Origin: Macrostomum hystrix
Taxonomy: Eukaryota; Animalia; Platyhelminthes
Assembly: GCA_950097015.1 (NCBI GenBank)
Contig: CATNEN010000005.1
Coordinates: 4,464,001-4,528,000, forward strand
DNA: 64,000 nucleotides
Direction: 5' to 3'
Position numbers and translations under genes: made by a program
Part shown: one piece after another, positions 23,841-39,163 of the stretch
Layout: every line of letters begins with the position of its first letter
Position numbering within the stretch: the first letter of the stretch is position 1
Notes under the pieces: generated by a model
Database searches by the model: none
Seen by the model: only the letters and a program-made list of their open reading frames with translations
What the model was told of the DNA's origin: nothing

Positions 23841-24514
23841 TTGGTTGATGATCCTTGTTAAAGCTTTGCTAATCGAACAAAAAACAAAGGCGTTAAAAAG
23901 CCTATCTGAGGAACATTATTACGCAACAAAATTCAGGTCAGGCAAAGGTGTGAACCAGACTGTGACCAATCTTTAAATTGCGTGACTGAATGCCCCTTAA
24001 AGCATATCCAAGAAGAAGTTTAGAAGACTGGGAACATTTTGGGTCAAGTGGGCTCCTGTTATAAACGATGTGAACAAATCAATCATTGATATTTTTCTCA
24101 GTTATCCACTAGCCAAGACTTGGCACCTCATCATTCTTGTTCACTGGCGTTAATTTTCTCGAGTCTTTCAATTCGCCAACTGCTCTGTTACGCAATCGGT
24201 TTGAGGAAATTTTCATTTTCTAAAAAAATGCTCCACTTGTTTATTTTCTCACTCTAGCTAGCCATTCACTTCTCAACAGAACACTGCTCAACAGAACACT
24301 GCTCAACAGAACACTGCTCAACAGAACACTGCTGAACCATAAGAATTTGTTGGATAAATTGAACTAAAGTAAAAAATAATTTTCGTAAACAAACAATATT
24401 TTGCTGCAAAATTACGAGTAAAACAAATTGAAAGAAGAAAAACGTCTAGGAACCGTTTCGTTGACTTAATCGATCGATCTAATTACTTTGCTTCGGGCAA
24501 AGGCGAGGCTGCAG

Positions 24515-24690
24515 CCTTGTGGTTGGAGCTTTAGAAAAAAAAACTAGGTCCGTGGTTCGACTCTTTGTCCAGGAGAAAAACGATTCTCGAGCGGGCAGAG
24601 AAGGCTTGGGGGCTTACGCCCTTGAGGGCCAACCTCCTAGGCCCAGTGAGAGTGCACACTGCCTGACGATGACGACGGACATATTATTAA
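24515..24690 (+). mobile_element. Truncated SINE family A copy
   Basis: AGAAGGCTTGGGGGCTTACGCCCTTGAGGGCCAACC...CAGTGAGAGTGCACACTGCCTGACGATGA. Confidence 0.7.
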
Positions 24691-25204
24691 TATTATTAAA
24701 GCAATCAATTCTAGATTTTTGTGAGTTTTTTTCTCAGGTGGCGTCAAAATTCTGGGAAGAATCTGGGAGGCAGAAATTGAGAATGGTAGATTCGAGCAAT
24801 CGGCTCGTAATGCTAAGCGAGTGTGACGCAATAGTATTTGTCTTTGGGCGGGTCCACTAGAGACAGAGACTGTGGCAAGCGAGTGAGTCACACTCTGTGT
24901 CTGGAGCCTTCTTGGCAAATGACGGGCCTAACTATAGCCCATTAGTCAATGCTGATTTAGGAGGCCGGTTAGTTTAGAGGAAAAATGGGAGGTCCGTTTT
25001 GGCAGAAAGTCTGTCGCGTTATTTGACACCCCAGTGCCCCTTAGACCAGAGCGAATCAGATGGCAAAATGATGCGAAACCGATTTCAGGAACCCCCTAGT
25101 CTATTGCGCAATTGTCTAACTCGATGCCAACGAAGCAAGGAACTAAGCTGCGTGCACATGCAGTGCGTCTACGGGATAATGGGATAATGGAACTCGCGCT
25201 TCTC

Positions 25205-25640
25205 AGAAACGAACGGGTGAAAGAAAGGGTGAACGAACGAACCAAAGATTGAACGAACGATTAAATAAACGAACGATTGAACGAACGATTAAATAAACGA
25301 ACGATTGAACGAACGATTAAATAAACGAACGATTGAACGAACGATTAAATAAACGAACGATTGAACGAACGAACGAATGAACGAACGAACGAACGAACGA
25401 TTGAACGAACCAAAGATTAAACGAACGAATGAATGATTAAAAGAAACCAACAATTGAACGAACCAACGATTGAACGAACGACGAATGAACGAACAAACGA
25501 ATGAACGATTGAACGAACGAACGAATAAACGAACGAACGATTGAAAGAACCAACAATTGAACGAACGAACGAACGATTGAACGAACGAACGATTGAACGA
25601 GCCAACAATTGAACGAACCAATGATTGAACAAACGAATAA
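25205..25640. repeat. Degenerate (GAAC)n / GAACGAACGATT microsatellite
   Basis: Direct reading. Confidence 0.92.
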
Positions 25641-26744
25641 AATATTACTATAAATGACGAATTCCCAAACGAACGAACTAAATAACTTTATAAGTAAAAT
25701 AAAAATAAATTTAATGAAATACACAGACTTTGTCTCATCGGGGACATTCGTGGGTTGATATCCCATCATCAATTACTTTCCTATAGCATCATCCGTTTCT
25801 TGTCCACCTGATTTCCAAATCTTCCGGCTTGGCGCAGATTAGTTTCCAAGTGGTCAGTCCTCGACAGCACCCCAGGTGATCTCCGCGCCTACCATGAGAT
25901 GAGAACTGAGCACTGAGGGGGGTCATCGACCCATTTTCACCGCTCGCACTGACCCTTGGAGAGGCAATCATCGATAGGTTTCTTGGCTCACTTTTCTTCT
26001 GTTCTGTTTCGACACGGCAATGTAGAGAAGAAGGTCGAGCTAAAGCAGACTAGGCGAGGCCTTATATACATGCCATATCGTGTGCTCTTTGTGCAGCCGA
26101 CTTGAAAATTGTCACGTGACCCTTTGCCGCAGGGCTTAAAAGAGGCCACTGCACTAGAGACTCATTCGTTTCGATTGCATCTGGCCTCTCATTCTTTCTC
26201 AACTTATACTCTGTCTTTCTCCAGCCTCTAGTCTTCCCATCTCAATCGATTTCAACCATTTTTAATATACATATGTAGGAGATGAAGTCTTTAATGTCCC
26301 GGCGATATTAAAGAAAGCATTTGCTGCTAGCCATGCATTGGACATTTTGGCATGTATTTATGAGCATCATATAAGTAGCTCGTATTATAGATGCGAGTAC
26401 TTTGACCTACTTTGACATACCCTATTCAAACGAGGTTAATTATAATACTAAGTTCTAAGGTCAACTGTCAGGTGAAGTTAAGAGCTCCAGGCTCGTTCAT
26501 TTGAAACTTGTATCTATTGCTTTCGTGTTAGCAAAAAGAAAATAAACAGATTTTCGCTCATTTGGGTCCTAAAACTATTGATTTAACCTCAACTAGGCTG
26601 CAAACTTGGTTTTGAGTGAAACTACCATTAATTTGACCTTCCGATAACGACTATATCAAAAAGTCACAGAAGTTTAACACCTGTGTTATCTATAATTCAA
26701 AGCATCCCGGCTTTGAAGTCCCGGCTAGCCGAAGAACACCAGTT

Positions 26745-28003
26745 CTCTGACTAGCCAATAAACACCGCAGTTCTTTCACTAGCCAATAAACACCACTGTT
26801 CTTTCACTAGCCAATAAACACCACAGTTCTCTGACTAGCAAATAAACACACCTGTTCTCTGACTAGCCAATAAACACCACTGTTCTTTCACTAGCCAATA
26901 AACACACCTGTTCTCTGACTAGCAAATAAACACACCTGTTCTCTGACTAGCCAATAAACACACCTGTTCTCTGACTAGCAAATAAACACACCTGTTCTCT
27001 GACTAGCCAATAAACACACCTGTTCTCTGACTAGCAAATAAACACACCTGTTCTCTGACTAGCCAATAAACACACCTGTTCTCTGACTAGCTAATAAACA
27101 CACCTGTTCTCTGACTAGCCAATAAACACACCTGTTCTCTGACTAGCCAATAAACACACCTGTTCTCTGACTAGCCAATAAACACACCTGTTCGCTGACT
27201 AGCCAATAAACACACCTGTTCTCTGACTAGCCAATAAACACACCTGTTCTCTGACTAGCTAATAAACACACCTGTTCTCTGACTAGCCAATAAACACACC
27301 TGTTCTCTGACTAGCCAATAAACACACCTGTTCTCTGACTAGCAAATAAACACACCTGTTCTCTGACTAGCCAATAAACACACCTGTTCTCTGACTAGCC
27401 AATAAACACACCTGTTCTCTGACTAGCTAATAAACACACCTGTTCTCTGACTAGCCAATAAACACACCTGTTCTCTGACTAGCTAATAAACACACCTGTT
27501 CTCTGACTAGCTAATAAACACACCTGTTCTCTGACTAGCCAATAAACACACCTGTTCTCTGACTAGCCAATAAACACACCTGTTCTCTGACTAGCCAATA
27601 AACACACCTGTTCTCTGACTAGCCAATAAACACACCTGTTCTCTGACTAGCTAATAAACACACCTGTTCTCTGACTAGCCAATAAACACACCTGTTCTCT
27701 GACTAGCCAATAAACACACCTGTTCTCGGACTAGCCAATAAACACACCTGTTCTCTGACTAGCCAATAAACACACCTGTTCTCTGACTAGCCAATAAACA
27801 CACCTGTTCTCTGACTAGCCAATAAACACACCTGTTCTCTGACTAGCCAATAAACACCACAGTTCTCTGACTAGCTAATAAACACACCTGTTCTCTGACT
27901 AGCCAATAAACACCACAGTTCTCTGACTAGCCAATAAACACACCTGTTCTCTGACTAGCCAATAAACACACCTGTTCTCTGACTAGCCAATAAACACACC
28001 TGT
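26745..28003. repeat. 28-bp minisatellite (GACTAGCCAATAAACACACCTGTTCTCT), ~45 copies
   Basis: Direct reading; nephrin intron 2. Confidence 0.97.
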
Positions 28004-29777
28004 CTATTGTCCAGTAAATGCCTTAGTTCTTTCAGTCGCCAGAAAAATTGTGTTTTTTACATACTTTAGAAATATTTTTATTCGCATCTATCAAACTTAT
28101 CAAAATAAATAACCAGCAAATATTATATTCTCAAAGCCAACAGAACAGAATAGCTAGAAGTTTCACTTCAGTCGCATTTTGCCACATGACTTTATTACTG
28201 AACTGTAATATCAAATCCATTCTAACCTGCTTCATTCCGTGATTCAGCCTCCAAGTTTCATCACTCAACCATTCATCATTTTGGCGCAGTTTTGCTATCT
28301 ATCTACTGGGCATTTTTTTTCATTACCAACTCACACAACACTGCTGTTTCACTGCTATCCAACCATAAATTCGCGAACTAGCACAGTTAAGCTCGTGTGT
28401 GTTCGTCTTGCTTGGCAACACTAGGGGATGTGAAATCCGTAGCGTGATCCCTTATAGTAGAGCGACTTATCCTACAGTCATTCTGGCGCAGGGGGGTGGT
28501 GCTGGGTCGACTCAGCGGGTATATTTGGCTGCTTATTTCGCCATGAGCTGGTGTTGCAAGCTTCTGCTAAACAAAATCCCCTCGCCGTTGACACCACACA
28601 GGATGGGATACTGTGGCCTCAATAAATCGGCTTATCAAACCACGCGGACTACCGGAAAATCTTTTCCCAAAGAATACAAAATCTTAGCTGCTCCTCTAGA
28701 AGACTAGCCAAGTCATCTTTCATTTTGTTCCCAATGTCCCCTGTTAGTTTTTCGACAAATTCTTGGAAGAAAAGTTATTCTGAAAAGATAAACCAACTGG
28801 AAATGTTTCTTAGAAAAAAACTGTTTCTTTTTATTATCGCATTTTCCGAGAAATCTAGTTTCTAAGAAACTTGTAGTCTATGGACTCAACTTTCGAACTA
28901 AGAATCGAACTTCAGACCTGTCTTCTAAGGCTACTTAATCTACAAAGTAAATTCTGAATATAAACCTATAAACTTTGTTACAATGAGGATAAAAATTGTC
29001 ATTCTATTTTTTTCGAACAAAACTCGTATGACGAATCAATCATGTATCAAACCCCAGTAACTCAGTGTCAAAACACTTTATGCAAATATACTCGTATTGT
29101 ATAGCCTGCTTAGTTCTGTACATATAGGGATACTGAAATGCCATCCACATGAGTATAAATAAATTCAGGATGGCCAAACACTGACGTAATCAAGAAGCAA
29201 CTCTCGCCCAGACTAAATGCCATTGTGCCAATATATGTAGCCTTTTGCTTTTAGTCGAAGCAGAAAAAAATAGTTATTGGGGAAGCTGGATTACATAACC
29301 TTGCCATTACATACTGGGGGGATGATGTCTGGGGTTCCTTAACCCACTCACTTTTAACATTGTTAAATTGTCCTTCAAGCCATACTGTGTGCCTATATTC
29401 ATCATATATTTGATTATGACGCCAATGACCAGACTGAATGAAGACCTCTATCTATCCTGTGCCCTGATGTGTTAGCCCCTCATTTGTGATGATTTGCTTC
29501 TTTTTAAGTGACGTCATCACCAACATCTCTCTAAGCAGCATTCCTAGCGAGAATTCCGAGTCACTTGTCAATAATTCATCATTTTGACGTCTTAAATGAG
29601 TGGTCAAAGCCTTACAAGCATGTCATAGTCGACCTGAAAGTGTTGCTGCTACTTGTCATTCGAGTGGAAAATAATTAGGTTAGCCTGAATTTTCGCAAGT
29701 TTATAAACAGTAACAGTCAGCGCTTGTGTTTTTTATTGTTTAATTTTTTATGACCCTTATTGTGATTCGTAGCAGTG

Positions 29778-30541
29778 GTCAGTGATTGCGTCAGTGATTG
29801 CGTCAGCGGTTGTGTCAGTGATCAGTGTCAGTGATATAGTGTCAGTGATATAGTGTCAGTGATATAGTGTCAGTGATATCGTGTCAGTTATATAGTGTCA
29901 TTGATATAGTGTCAGTGATATCGTGTCAGTTATATAGTGTCAGTGATATAGTGTCAGTGATATTGTGTCAGCGATATTGTGTCAGTGATATAGTGTCAGT
30001 GATATAGTGTCAGTGATATAGTGTCAGTGATATAGTGTCAGTGATATAGTGTCAGTGATATAGTGTCAGTGATATAGTGTCAGTGATATCGTGTCAGTTA
30101 TATAGTGTCAGTTATATAGTGTCAGTGATATAGTGTCAGTGATATCGTGTCAGTTATATAGTGTCAGTTATATAGTGTCAGTGATATAGTGTCAGTGATA
30201 TCGTGTCAGTTATATAGTGTCAGTGATATAGTGTCAGTGATATTGTGTCAGCGATATTGTGTCAGTGATATAGTGTCAGTGATATTGTGTCAGTGATATA
30301 GTGTCAGTGATATAGTGTCAGTGATATAGTGTCAGTTATATAGTGTCAGTGATATAGTGTCAGTGATATTGTGTCAGCGATATTGTGTCAGTGATATAGT
30401 GTCAGTGATATTGTGTCAGTGATATAGTGTCAGTGATATAGTGTCAGTGATAGAGTGTCAGTGATATAGTGTCAGTGATATAGTGTCAGTGATATAGTGT
30501 CAGTGAGATTGTGTCAGTGAGATTGTGTCAGTGATTTTGTC
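29778..30541. repeat. 14-bp minisatellite (GTGATATAGTGTCA), ~52 copies
   Basis: Direct reading; ends ~46 nt from the exon 2 donor. Confidence 0.96.
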
Positions 30542-30587
30542 ATCAAAATTGAAAGCCAAGCCCACAAATAGTCCAAGGATCACTCAC

Positions 30588-30758
30588 TGAGTACAGTGAG
30601 AACAGTCTTGTACTGCCTGACTGCGGAGCCCTGAACCCTGGGCCCAAGGATCTGGCACTCCAGCTCGCCAGAGTCGTCAAACATCGCATTGCTGATCCGC
30701 AGCATGAAGTCGCCATCGCTCTCGCCACTGATGTTGACCCGGTCCAATGTTGAGCCCT
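30588..30758 (-). CDS. NPHS1: Nephrin-like gene exon 2: second half of Ig1
   Basis: Acceptor TTCTTCTCCCATTCGAGCAG, donor A|GTGAGT at 30587, phase 1-1. GDFMLRISNAMFDDSGELECQI is a V-type Ig motif and joins exon 3 as LTVL-IPPMKP. Confidence 0.88.
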
Positions 30759-31074
30759 CTGCTCGAATGGGAGAAGAATATAATTGCAACAATTTCAAGA
30801 GGAAATGAAGGTGCGTCGAGAATGAAATATGGCTTTGATTCTCGTAATTAGAATATTGGGAACAGAGAAGCGGCTACTTTAAGTTCTTCTTTTTTGGGGA
30901 CCTTTGTTGTTTGCTGAAGTAATTTAAGGGCCAGTTGCAATTTCTTAGAGGAGAATTGCACTTTAAGAATACCTGCTACAGAAACAGCCTCTGATAATTC
31001 AATATGACCTATATTTACGAAAAACTTGTAACGATAAATAAAGCAAGTCACAATCTAAATAGACGGAGTCCAAA

Positions 31075-34000
31075 TACTTCACAATCCACAGACTTCACAA
31101 TCCACACACTCCACAATCCTCACACTTCAAAATCCACACACTCCACAATCCACAGACTTCACAATCCACAGACTTCACAATCCACAGACTTCACAATCCA
31201 CAGACTTCACAATCCACAGACTTCACAATCCACACACTTCACAATCCACACACTTCACAATCCACACACTTCACAATCCACAAACTTCACAATCTACAGA
31301 CTTCACAATCCACAGACTTCACAATCCACACACTTCACAATCCACACACTTCACAATCCACACACTTCACAATCCACAAACTTCACAATCCACACACTCA
31401 ACAATCCACACACTTCACAATCCACAGACTTCGCAATCCACACACTTTACAATCCACAAACTTCACAATCCACAGACTTCACAATCTACAGACTTCGCAA
31501 TCCACAAACTTCACAATCCACAAACTTCACAATCCACACACTTCACAATCCACACACTTCACAATCCACACACTTCACAATCCAAATACTTCACAATCCA
31601 CAGACTTCGCAATCCACACACTTTACAATCCACAAACTTCACAATCCACACACTTCACAATCCACAGACTTCACAATCTACAGACTTCGCAATCCACAAA
31701 CTTCACAATCCACAAACTTCACAATCCACACACTTCACAATCCACAGACTTCACAATCCACACACTTCACAATCCACAGACTTCACAATCCACAGACTTC
31801 ACAATCCACAGACTTCACAATCCACACACTTCACAATCTACAGACTTCACAATCCACACACTTCACAATCCACAGACTTCACAATCCACACACTTCACAA
31901 TCTACAGACTTCACAATCCACACACTTCACAATCCACACACTTCACAATCCACACACTTCACAATCTACAGACTTCACAATCCACACACTTCACAATCCA
32001 CACACTTCACAATCCACAGACTTCACAATCCACACACTTCACAATCTACAGACTTCACAATCCACACACTTCACAATCTACAGACTTCACAATCCACACA
32101 CTTCACAATCCACACACTTCACAATCCACACACTTCACAATCCACAGACTTCACAATCCACAGACTTCACAATCCACACACTTCACAATCTACAGACTTC
32201 ACAATCCACAGACTTCACAATCCACAGACTTCACAATCCACACACTTCACAATCTACAGACTTCACAATCCACAGACTTCACAATCTACACACTTCACAA
32301 TCCACACACTTCACAAACCACAAACTTCACAATCTACAGACTTCACAATCCACACACTTCACAATCCACAAACTTCACAATCCACAAACTTCACAATCCA
32401 CACACTTTACAATCCACAAACTTCACAATCCACACACTTCACAATCCACAGACTTCACAATCTACAGACTTCACAATCCACACACTTCACAATCCACACA
32501 CTTCACAATCCACAAACTTCACAATCCACACACTTCACAATCCACACACTTCACAATCCAAATACTTCACAATCCACAGACTTCACAATCCACACACTTC
32601 ACAATCCACACACTTCACAATCTACAGACTTCACAATCCACACACTTCACAATCTACAGACTTCACAATCTACAGACTTCACAATCCACAGACTTCGCAA
32701 TCCACAAACTTCACAATCCACACACTTCACAATCCACACACTTCACAATCCACAGACTTCACAATCCACACACTTCACAATCCAAATACTTCACAATCCA
32801 CAGACTTCGCAATCCACACACTTTACAATCCACAAACTTCACAATCCACACTCTTCACAATCCACACACTTCACAATCCACAAACTTCACAATCTACAGA
32901 CTTCACAATCCAAAGACTTCACAATCCACACACTTCACAATCCACCCACTTCACAATCCACAGACTTCACAATCTACAGACTTCACAATCCACCCACTTC
33001 ACAATCCACACACTTCACAATCCACAAACTTCACAATCTACAGACTTCACAATCCACACACTTCACAATCTACACACTTCACAATCCACACACTTCACAA
33101 TCCACAGACTTCACAATCCACAGACTTCACAATCCACACACTTCACAATCCACAGACTTCACAATCCACAGACTTCACAATCCACAGACTTCACAATCCA
33201 CAAACTTCACAATCTACAGACTTCACAATCCACACACTTCACAATCCAAAGACTTCACAATCCACAGACTTCACAATCCACACACTTCACAATCCACAGA
33301 CTTCACAATCTACAGACTTCACAATCCACCCACTTCACAATCCACACACTTCACAATCCACAGACTTCACAATCTACAGACTTCACAATCCACAGACTTC
33401 ACAATCCACACACTTCACAATCCACAGACTTCACAATCCACAGACTTCACAATCCACAAACTTCACAATCCACAGACTTCGCAATCCACACACTTTACAA
33501 TCCACAAACTTCACAATCCACACACTTCACAATCCACAGACTTCACAATCTAGAGACTTCACAATCCACACACTTCACAATCTACAGACTTCGCAATCCA
33601 CACACTTCACAATCCACAGACTTCACAATCTACACACTTCACAATCCACACACTTCACAAACCACAAACTTCACAATCTACAGACTTCACAATCCACACA
33701 CTTCACAATCCACAAACTTCACAATCCACAAACTTCACAATCCACACACTTTACAATCCACAAACTTCACAATCCACACACTTCACAATCCAAAGACTTC
33801 ACAATCCACAGACTTCACAATCCACACACTTCACAATCCACAGACTTCACAATCCACACACTTCACAATCCACAGACTTCACAATCCACACACTTCACAA
33901 TCCACAAACTTCACAATCTACAGACTTCACAATCCACAAACTTCACAATCTACAGACTTCACAATCCACACACTTCACAATCCACAGACTTCACAATCCA

Positions 34001-34385
34001 CAGACTTCACAATCCACAAACTTCACAATCCACAGACTTCACAATCCACAAACTTCACAATCCACACACTTTACAATCCACAAACTTCACAATCCACACA
34101 CTTCACAATCCAAAGACTTCACAATCCACAGACTTCACAATCCACACACTTCACAATCCACAGACTTCACAATCCACACACTTCACAATCCACAGACTTC
34201 ACAATCCACACACTTCACAATCCACAAACTTCACAATCTACAGACTTCACAATCCACAAACTTCACAATCTACAGACTTCACAATCCACACACTTCACAA
34301 TCCACAGACTTCACAATCCACAGACTTCACAATCCACAAACTTCACAATCCACAGACTTCACAATCTACAGACTTCACAATCCAC
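31075..34385. repeat. 17-bp minisatellite (ACTTCACAATCCACASA), ~195 copies
   Basis: Direct reading; source of the 849-aa ORF; nephrin intron 1. Confidence 0.97.
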
Positions 34386-34869
34386 AAGCTGGAAATTTGC
34401 AATCAGTCAAGAAGCTATAAAAATGTTTGGAAACTGGTAGAAGAAATTAAAGTGTTTTGATGCTTAAAATGGAATTTTCTCATAATCTATATTCTAGAAG
34501 GCAACCTTTTGTACTGAAAGCACTCGTATGTCTGGGACACTATGTGTGTATAAATGCTCATAATATTATTAGGAATATTAATAGTCCGAACGACAATTGC
34601 TTCAGCAACAGCGTGACAAATTGCTTGATCCAAAAAGCCGCCATTTTTTATCCTTTCTGCTCTCTCTCTCTTCTCTGCCGGCAAGGGGCAGTGAACTCGA
34701 AGCTTAAAGATGCACTCAAGCGACAGGCTTGGGTCACAGAGCTTTAATTAATTTCCTTGCGATTTATTCAGCCGATTTAATTCGGTTCTATGTTACCCAT
34801 TATATATTTCTGCTAGCGTTTATGAGAATAGAATTTATTATTGGTTTCATTCAAGTAGATTTCTGAATC

Positions 34870-36535
34870 CTATTCAGCTCATCTGCTGTTGGATTCCGAC
34901 ATCCTTCAAGCTCATCTGCTGTGGGGTTCTGACATCCTTCAAGCTCATCTGCTGTTGGATTCCGACATCCTTCAAGCTCATCTGCTGTTGGTTTCCGACA
35001 TCCTTCAAGCTCATCTGCTGTTGGATTCCGACATCCTTCAAGCTCATCTGCTGTTGGGTTCCGACATTCTTCAAGCTCAACTGCTGTTGAATTCCGACAT
35101 CCTTCAAGCTCATCTGCTGTTGGATTCCGACATCCTTCAAGCTCATCTGCTGTTGGATTCCGACATCCTTCAAGCTCATCTGCTGTGTTGGATTCCGACA
35201 TCCTTCAAGCTCATCTGCTGTTGAATTCTGACATCCTTCAAGCTCATCTGCTGTGGGGTTCTGACATCCTTCAAGCTCATCTGCTGTTGGATTCCGACAT
35301 CCTTCAAGCTCATCTGCTGTTGGGTTCCGACATTCTTCAAGCTCAACTGCTGTTGAATTCCGACATCCTTCAAGCTCATCTGCTGTTGGATTCCGACATC
35401 CTTCAAGCTCATCTGCTGTTGGATTCCGACATCCTTCAAGCTCATCTGCTGTTGGATTCCGACATCCTTCAAGCTCATCTGCTGTGTTGGATTCCGACAT
35501 CCTTCAAGCTCATCTGCTGTTGAATTCTGACATCCTGCAAGCTCAACTGCTGTTGGATTCCGACATCCTTCAAGCTCATCTGCTGTTGGATTCTGACATC
35601 CTTCAAGCTCATCTGCTGTTGAATTCTGACATCCTTCAAGCTCAACTGCTGTTGAATTCTGACATCTTTCAAGCTCAACTGCTGTTGAATTCCGACATCC
35701 TTCAAGCTCAACTGCTGTTGGATTCCGACATCCTTCAAGCTCATCTGCTGTTGAATTCTGACATCCTTCAAGCTCATCTGCTGTTGGGTTCTGACATCCT
35801 TCAAGCTCATCTGCTGTTGGGTTCTGACATCCTTCAAGCTCATCTGCTGTTGGGTTCTGGCATCCTTCAAGCTCATCTGCTGTTGGATTCTGACATCCTT
35901 CAAGCTCATCTGCTGTTGGATTCTGACATCCTTCAAGCTCATCTGCTGTTGGATTCTGACATCCTTCAAGCTCATCTGCTGTTGGATTCTGACATCCTTC
36001 AAGCTCATCTGCTGTTGGGTTCTGGCATCCTTCAAGCTCATCTGCTGTTGGGGTCTGACATCCTTCAAGCTCATCTGCTGTTGGATTCTGGCATCCTTCA
36101 AGCTCATCTGCTGTTGGATTCTGACATCCTTCAAGCTCATCTGCTGTTGGATTCTGACATCCTTCAAGCTCATCTGCTGTTGGGTTCTGGCATCCTTCAA
36201 GCTCATCTGCTGTTGGGTTCTGGCATCCTTCAAGCTCATCTGCTGTTGGGTTCTGACATCCTTCAAGCTCATCTGCTGTTGGGTTCTGGCATCCTTCAAG
36301 CTCATCTGCTGTTGGATTCTGACATCCTTCAAGCTCAACTGCTGTTGGGTTCTGACATCCTTCAAGCTCATCTGCTGTTGGGTTCTGGCATCCTTCAAGC
36401 TCATCTGCTGTTGGATTCTGACATCCTTCAAGCTCAACTGCTGTTGGGTTCTGACATCCTTCAAGCTCATCTGCTGTTGGGTTCTGACATCCTTCAAGCT
36501 CATCTGCTGTTGGGTTCTGGCATCCTTCAAGCAAG
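34870..36535. repeat. 33-bp minisatellite (GACATCCTTCAAGCTCATCTGCTGTTGGATTCY), ~50 copies
   Basis: Direct reading; ~298-bp higher-order block marked by a longer variant at ~35181 and ~35479. Confidence 0.96.
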
Positions 36536-37314
36536 TTCATGGACCTTCAATCAAACGCAAAGTTCAATTAAGTTTCTGAGACCTTTAATTCCGATACAGT
36601 TAAATTTTTCAAACCCATCCTTTGAAGAAAAAAATATAAAAAGCTTGTCCGGCAGTTTCTGTTACAGATGAAATTACGACGTTAACGGCTTCAAATAAAA
36701 AGTCGACACTTTGTAACAAATAAATTTTATCGCCTTTGAAATGCGGTTTAAATGCGCAAAATATTTAAGGGTCGATCATCCATTTCGCATTGTGTACGAA
36801 GACTTTAGCATTATGGTTATTTTTTTCTGACCAAAGTGAGAAATTCTAGAGTCTGGGAAACTTACAAACGAGACGCCATCGAACCAAAAAAGCCAGGAAA
36901 TTTTCATTTTCTAGTTTTGACTCGCCACTGGAAGGTCCGCCGAGTGATGTGGATGTGAATTTCTCGCCGAGGCCCAAGTTTTTAGTACCGAGAATAAATT
37001 CCGACCCCCCTAACTCACATCCATAAGCGCCAGGCTGATTGGAAAGTTGGCTCGATACGGGTTTCAGGGCTGTGACTTTTTAATTTTGCCAATTGCAATG
37101 TGCCAAAAAATTTTCTGTCTGGCTGGGTAGCTGGGTGGATGCCAAATGCTTTTTTGCTTCTGAACCATCGCAACACATTCTTTGCTCAGACTAATGCACT
37201 CAGCTTATTTCTAGAACATTACTGACCAGCTTCGCTCATCCCATTTTTGAAAACTCTCCCCCACACCAACTTAGTCCTTCTCACCTTAGTGTATTTCGCA
37301 TCTATAGGTCCATC

Positions 37315-38760
37315 CGATTTCAAATCTCTTATCTCCCTTTCTCACCTGCCGATTTCAAATCTCTTATCTCCCTTTCTCACCTGCCGATTTCAAATCTCTT
37401 ATCTCCCTTTCTCACCTGCCGATTTCAAATCTCTTATCTCCCTTTCTCACCTGCCGATTTCAAATCTCTTATCTCCCTTTCTCACCTGCCGATTTCAAAT
37501 CTCTTATCTCCCTTTCCCACCTGCCAATTTCAAATCTCTTATCTCCCTTTCTCACCTGCCAATTTCAAATCTCTTATCTCCCTTTCCCACCTGCCGATTT
37601 CAAATCTCTTATCTCCCTTTCTCACCTGCCGATTTCAAATCTCTTATCTCCCTTTCTCACCTGCCGATTTCAAATCTCTTATCTCCCTTTCTCACCTGCC
37701 GATTTCAAATCTATTATCTCCCTTTCTCACCTGCCGATTTCAAATCTCTTATCTCCCTTTCTCGCCTGACGATTTCACATATCTTATCTCCCTTTCTCAC
37801 CTGGTGATTTCAAATCTCTTATCTCCCTTTCTCACCTGCCGATTTCAAATCTCTTATCTCCCTTTCTCACCTGCCAATTTCAAATCTCTTATCTCCCTTT
37901 CCCACCTGCCGATTTCAAATCTCTTATCTCCCTTTCTCGCCTGACGATTTCACATATCTTATCTCCCTTTCTCACCTGGTGATTTCAAATCTCTTATCTC
38001 CCTTTCTCACCTGCCGATTTCAAATCTCTTATCTCCCTTTCTCACCTGCCGATTTCAAATCTCTTATCTCCCTTTCTCACCTGCCGATTTCAAATCTCTT
38101 ATCTCCCTTTCTCGCCTGACGATTTCACATATCTTATCTCCCTTTCTCACCTGGTGATTTCAAATCTCTTATCTCCCTTTCTCACCTGCCGATTTCAAAT
38201 CTCTTATCTCCCTTTCTCACCTGCCGATTTCAAATCTCTTATCTCCCTTTCTCGCCTGCCGATTTCAAATCTCTTATCTCCCTTTCTCACCTGCCAATTT
38301 CAAATCTCTTATCTCCCTTTCTCACCTGCCAATTTCAAATCTCTTATCTCCCTTTCTCACCTGCCGATTTCAAATCTCTTATCTCCCATTCTCACCTGCC
38401 AATTTCAAATCTCTTATCTCCCTTTCTCACCTGCCGATTTCAAATCTCTTATCTCCCTTTCTCACCTGCCGATTTCAAATCTCTTATCTCCCTTTCTCGC
38501 CTGACGATTTCACATCTCTTATCTCCCTTTCTCACCTGCCCATTTCAAATATTTTATCTCCCTTTCTCGCCTGCCGATTTCAAATCTCTTATCTCCTATT
38601 CTAACCTGCCGATTTCAAATCTCATCTCCCTTTCTCACCTGCCGATTTCAAATCTCTTATCTCCTATTCTAACCTGCCGATTTCAAATATTTTATCTTCC
38701 TTTCCGACCTGCCGATTTCAAATCTCTTTTCTCCTTTTCTCACCCACTGATCTCAAATCT
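37315..38760. repeat. 35-bp minisatellite (TCTCTTATCTCCCTTTCTCACCTGCCGATTTCAAA), ~41 copies
   Basis: Direct reading. Confidence 0.96.
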
Positions 38761-38842
38761 CTCACTTACCTTTCTCACGCACTAATCTCAAATCTTTCAC
38801 CTCTTTTCTCATTCACTATTCTCAATTCTCTTAAACTCCATT

Positions 38843-39163
38843 GATAATAATAGCGATTGCAGGAAGGCAGCGGGCAATGGTACATCATTTGGTGACCCGC
38901 AGCCAGCGAGGAGGCAATTCTGCCCATTTCGCTGACTCCTGAGTACACACGCACACAGATAGTGTACATCTGCCCTGACTTTCTCATTGTCCGGCAGTGT
39001 ACACTTTCACTGTGCCTTGGTGGTTGGCCCTCAAGTGCGTAAATTGCACGACAAGCCCCCAAGCCTTCCCTCCGCGGCTGCGTGGCAAAATGAATGTGGC
39101 CTCGCCGTGGAATCGAACTCAGGGATCTTGGTGCGAAAGGCAAACTCTCTGCCACTCACCCTC
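38843..39163 (-). mobile_element. Most complete SINE family A copy (tRNA-like head, body, TTA-rich tail)
   Basis: Minus strand: GGGTGAGTGGCAGAGAG...GAGTTCGATTCC (A/B-box-like) + shared body + CTTCCTGCAATCGCTATTATTATC. Confidence 0.85.

Noticed and set aside
25740-26110. Possible extra Ig exon (…LICAKPEDLEIRWTRNG) in nephrin intron 2
   Set aside because: Ends at a stop with no suitable donor. Exon 2 already joins exon 3 in frame and gives the expected nephrin domain order.
28385-28710. GC-richer unique patches (also 21845-22240, 24940-25200, 41300-41700) as retroelement relics
   Set aside because: No RT, integrase or endonuclease motif could be read in any frame; left unannotated.
29330-29480. 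Minus-strand open stretch ending in a GTGAGT (possible cryptic nephrin exon)
   Set aside because: No polypyrimidine acceptor, no Ig features, and not required for the gene model.
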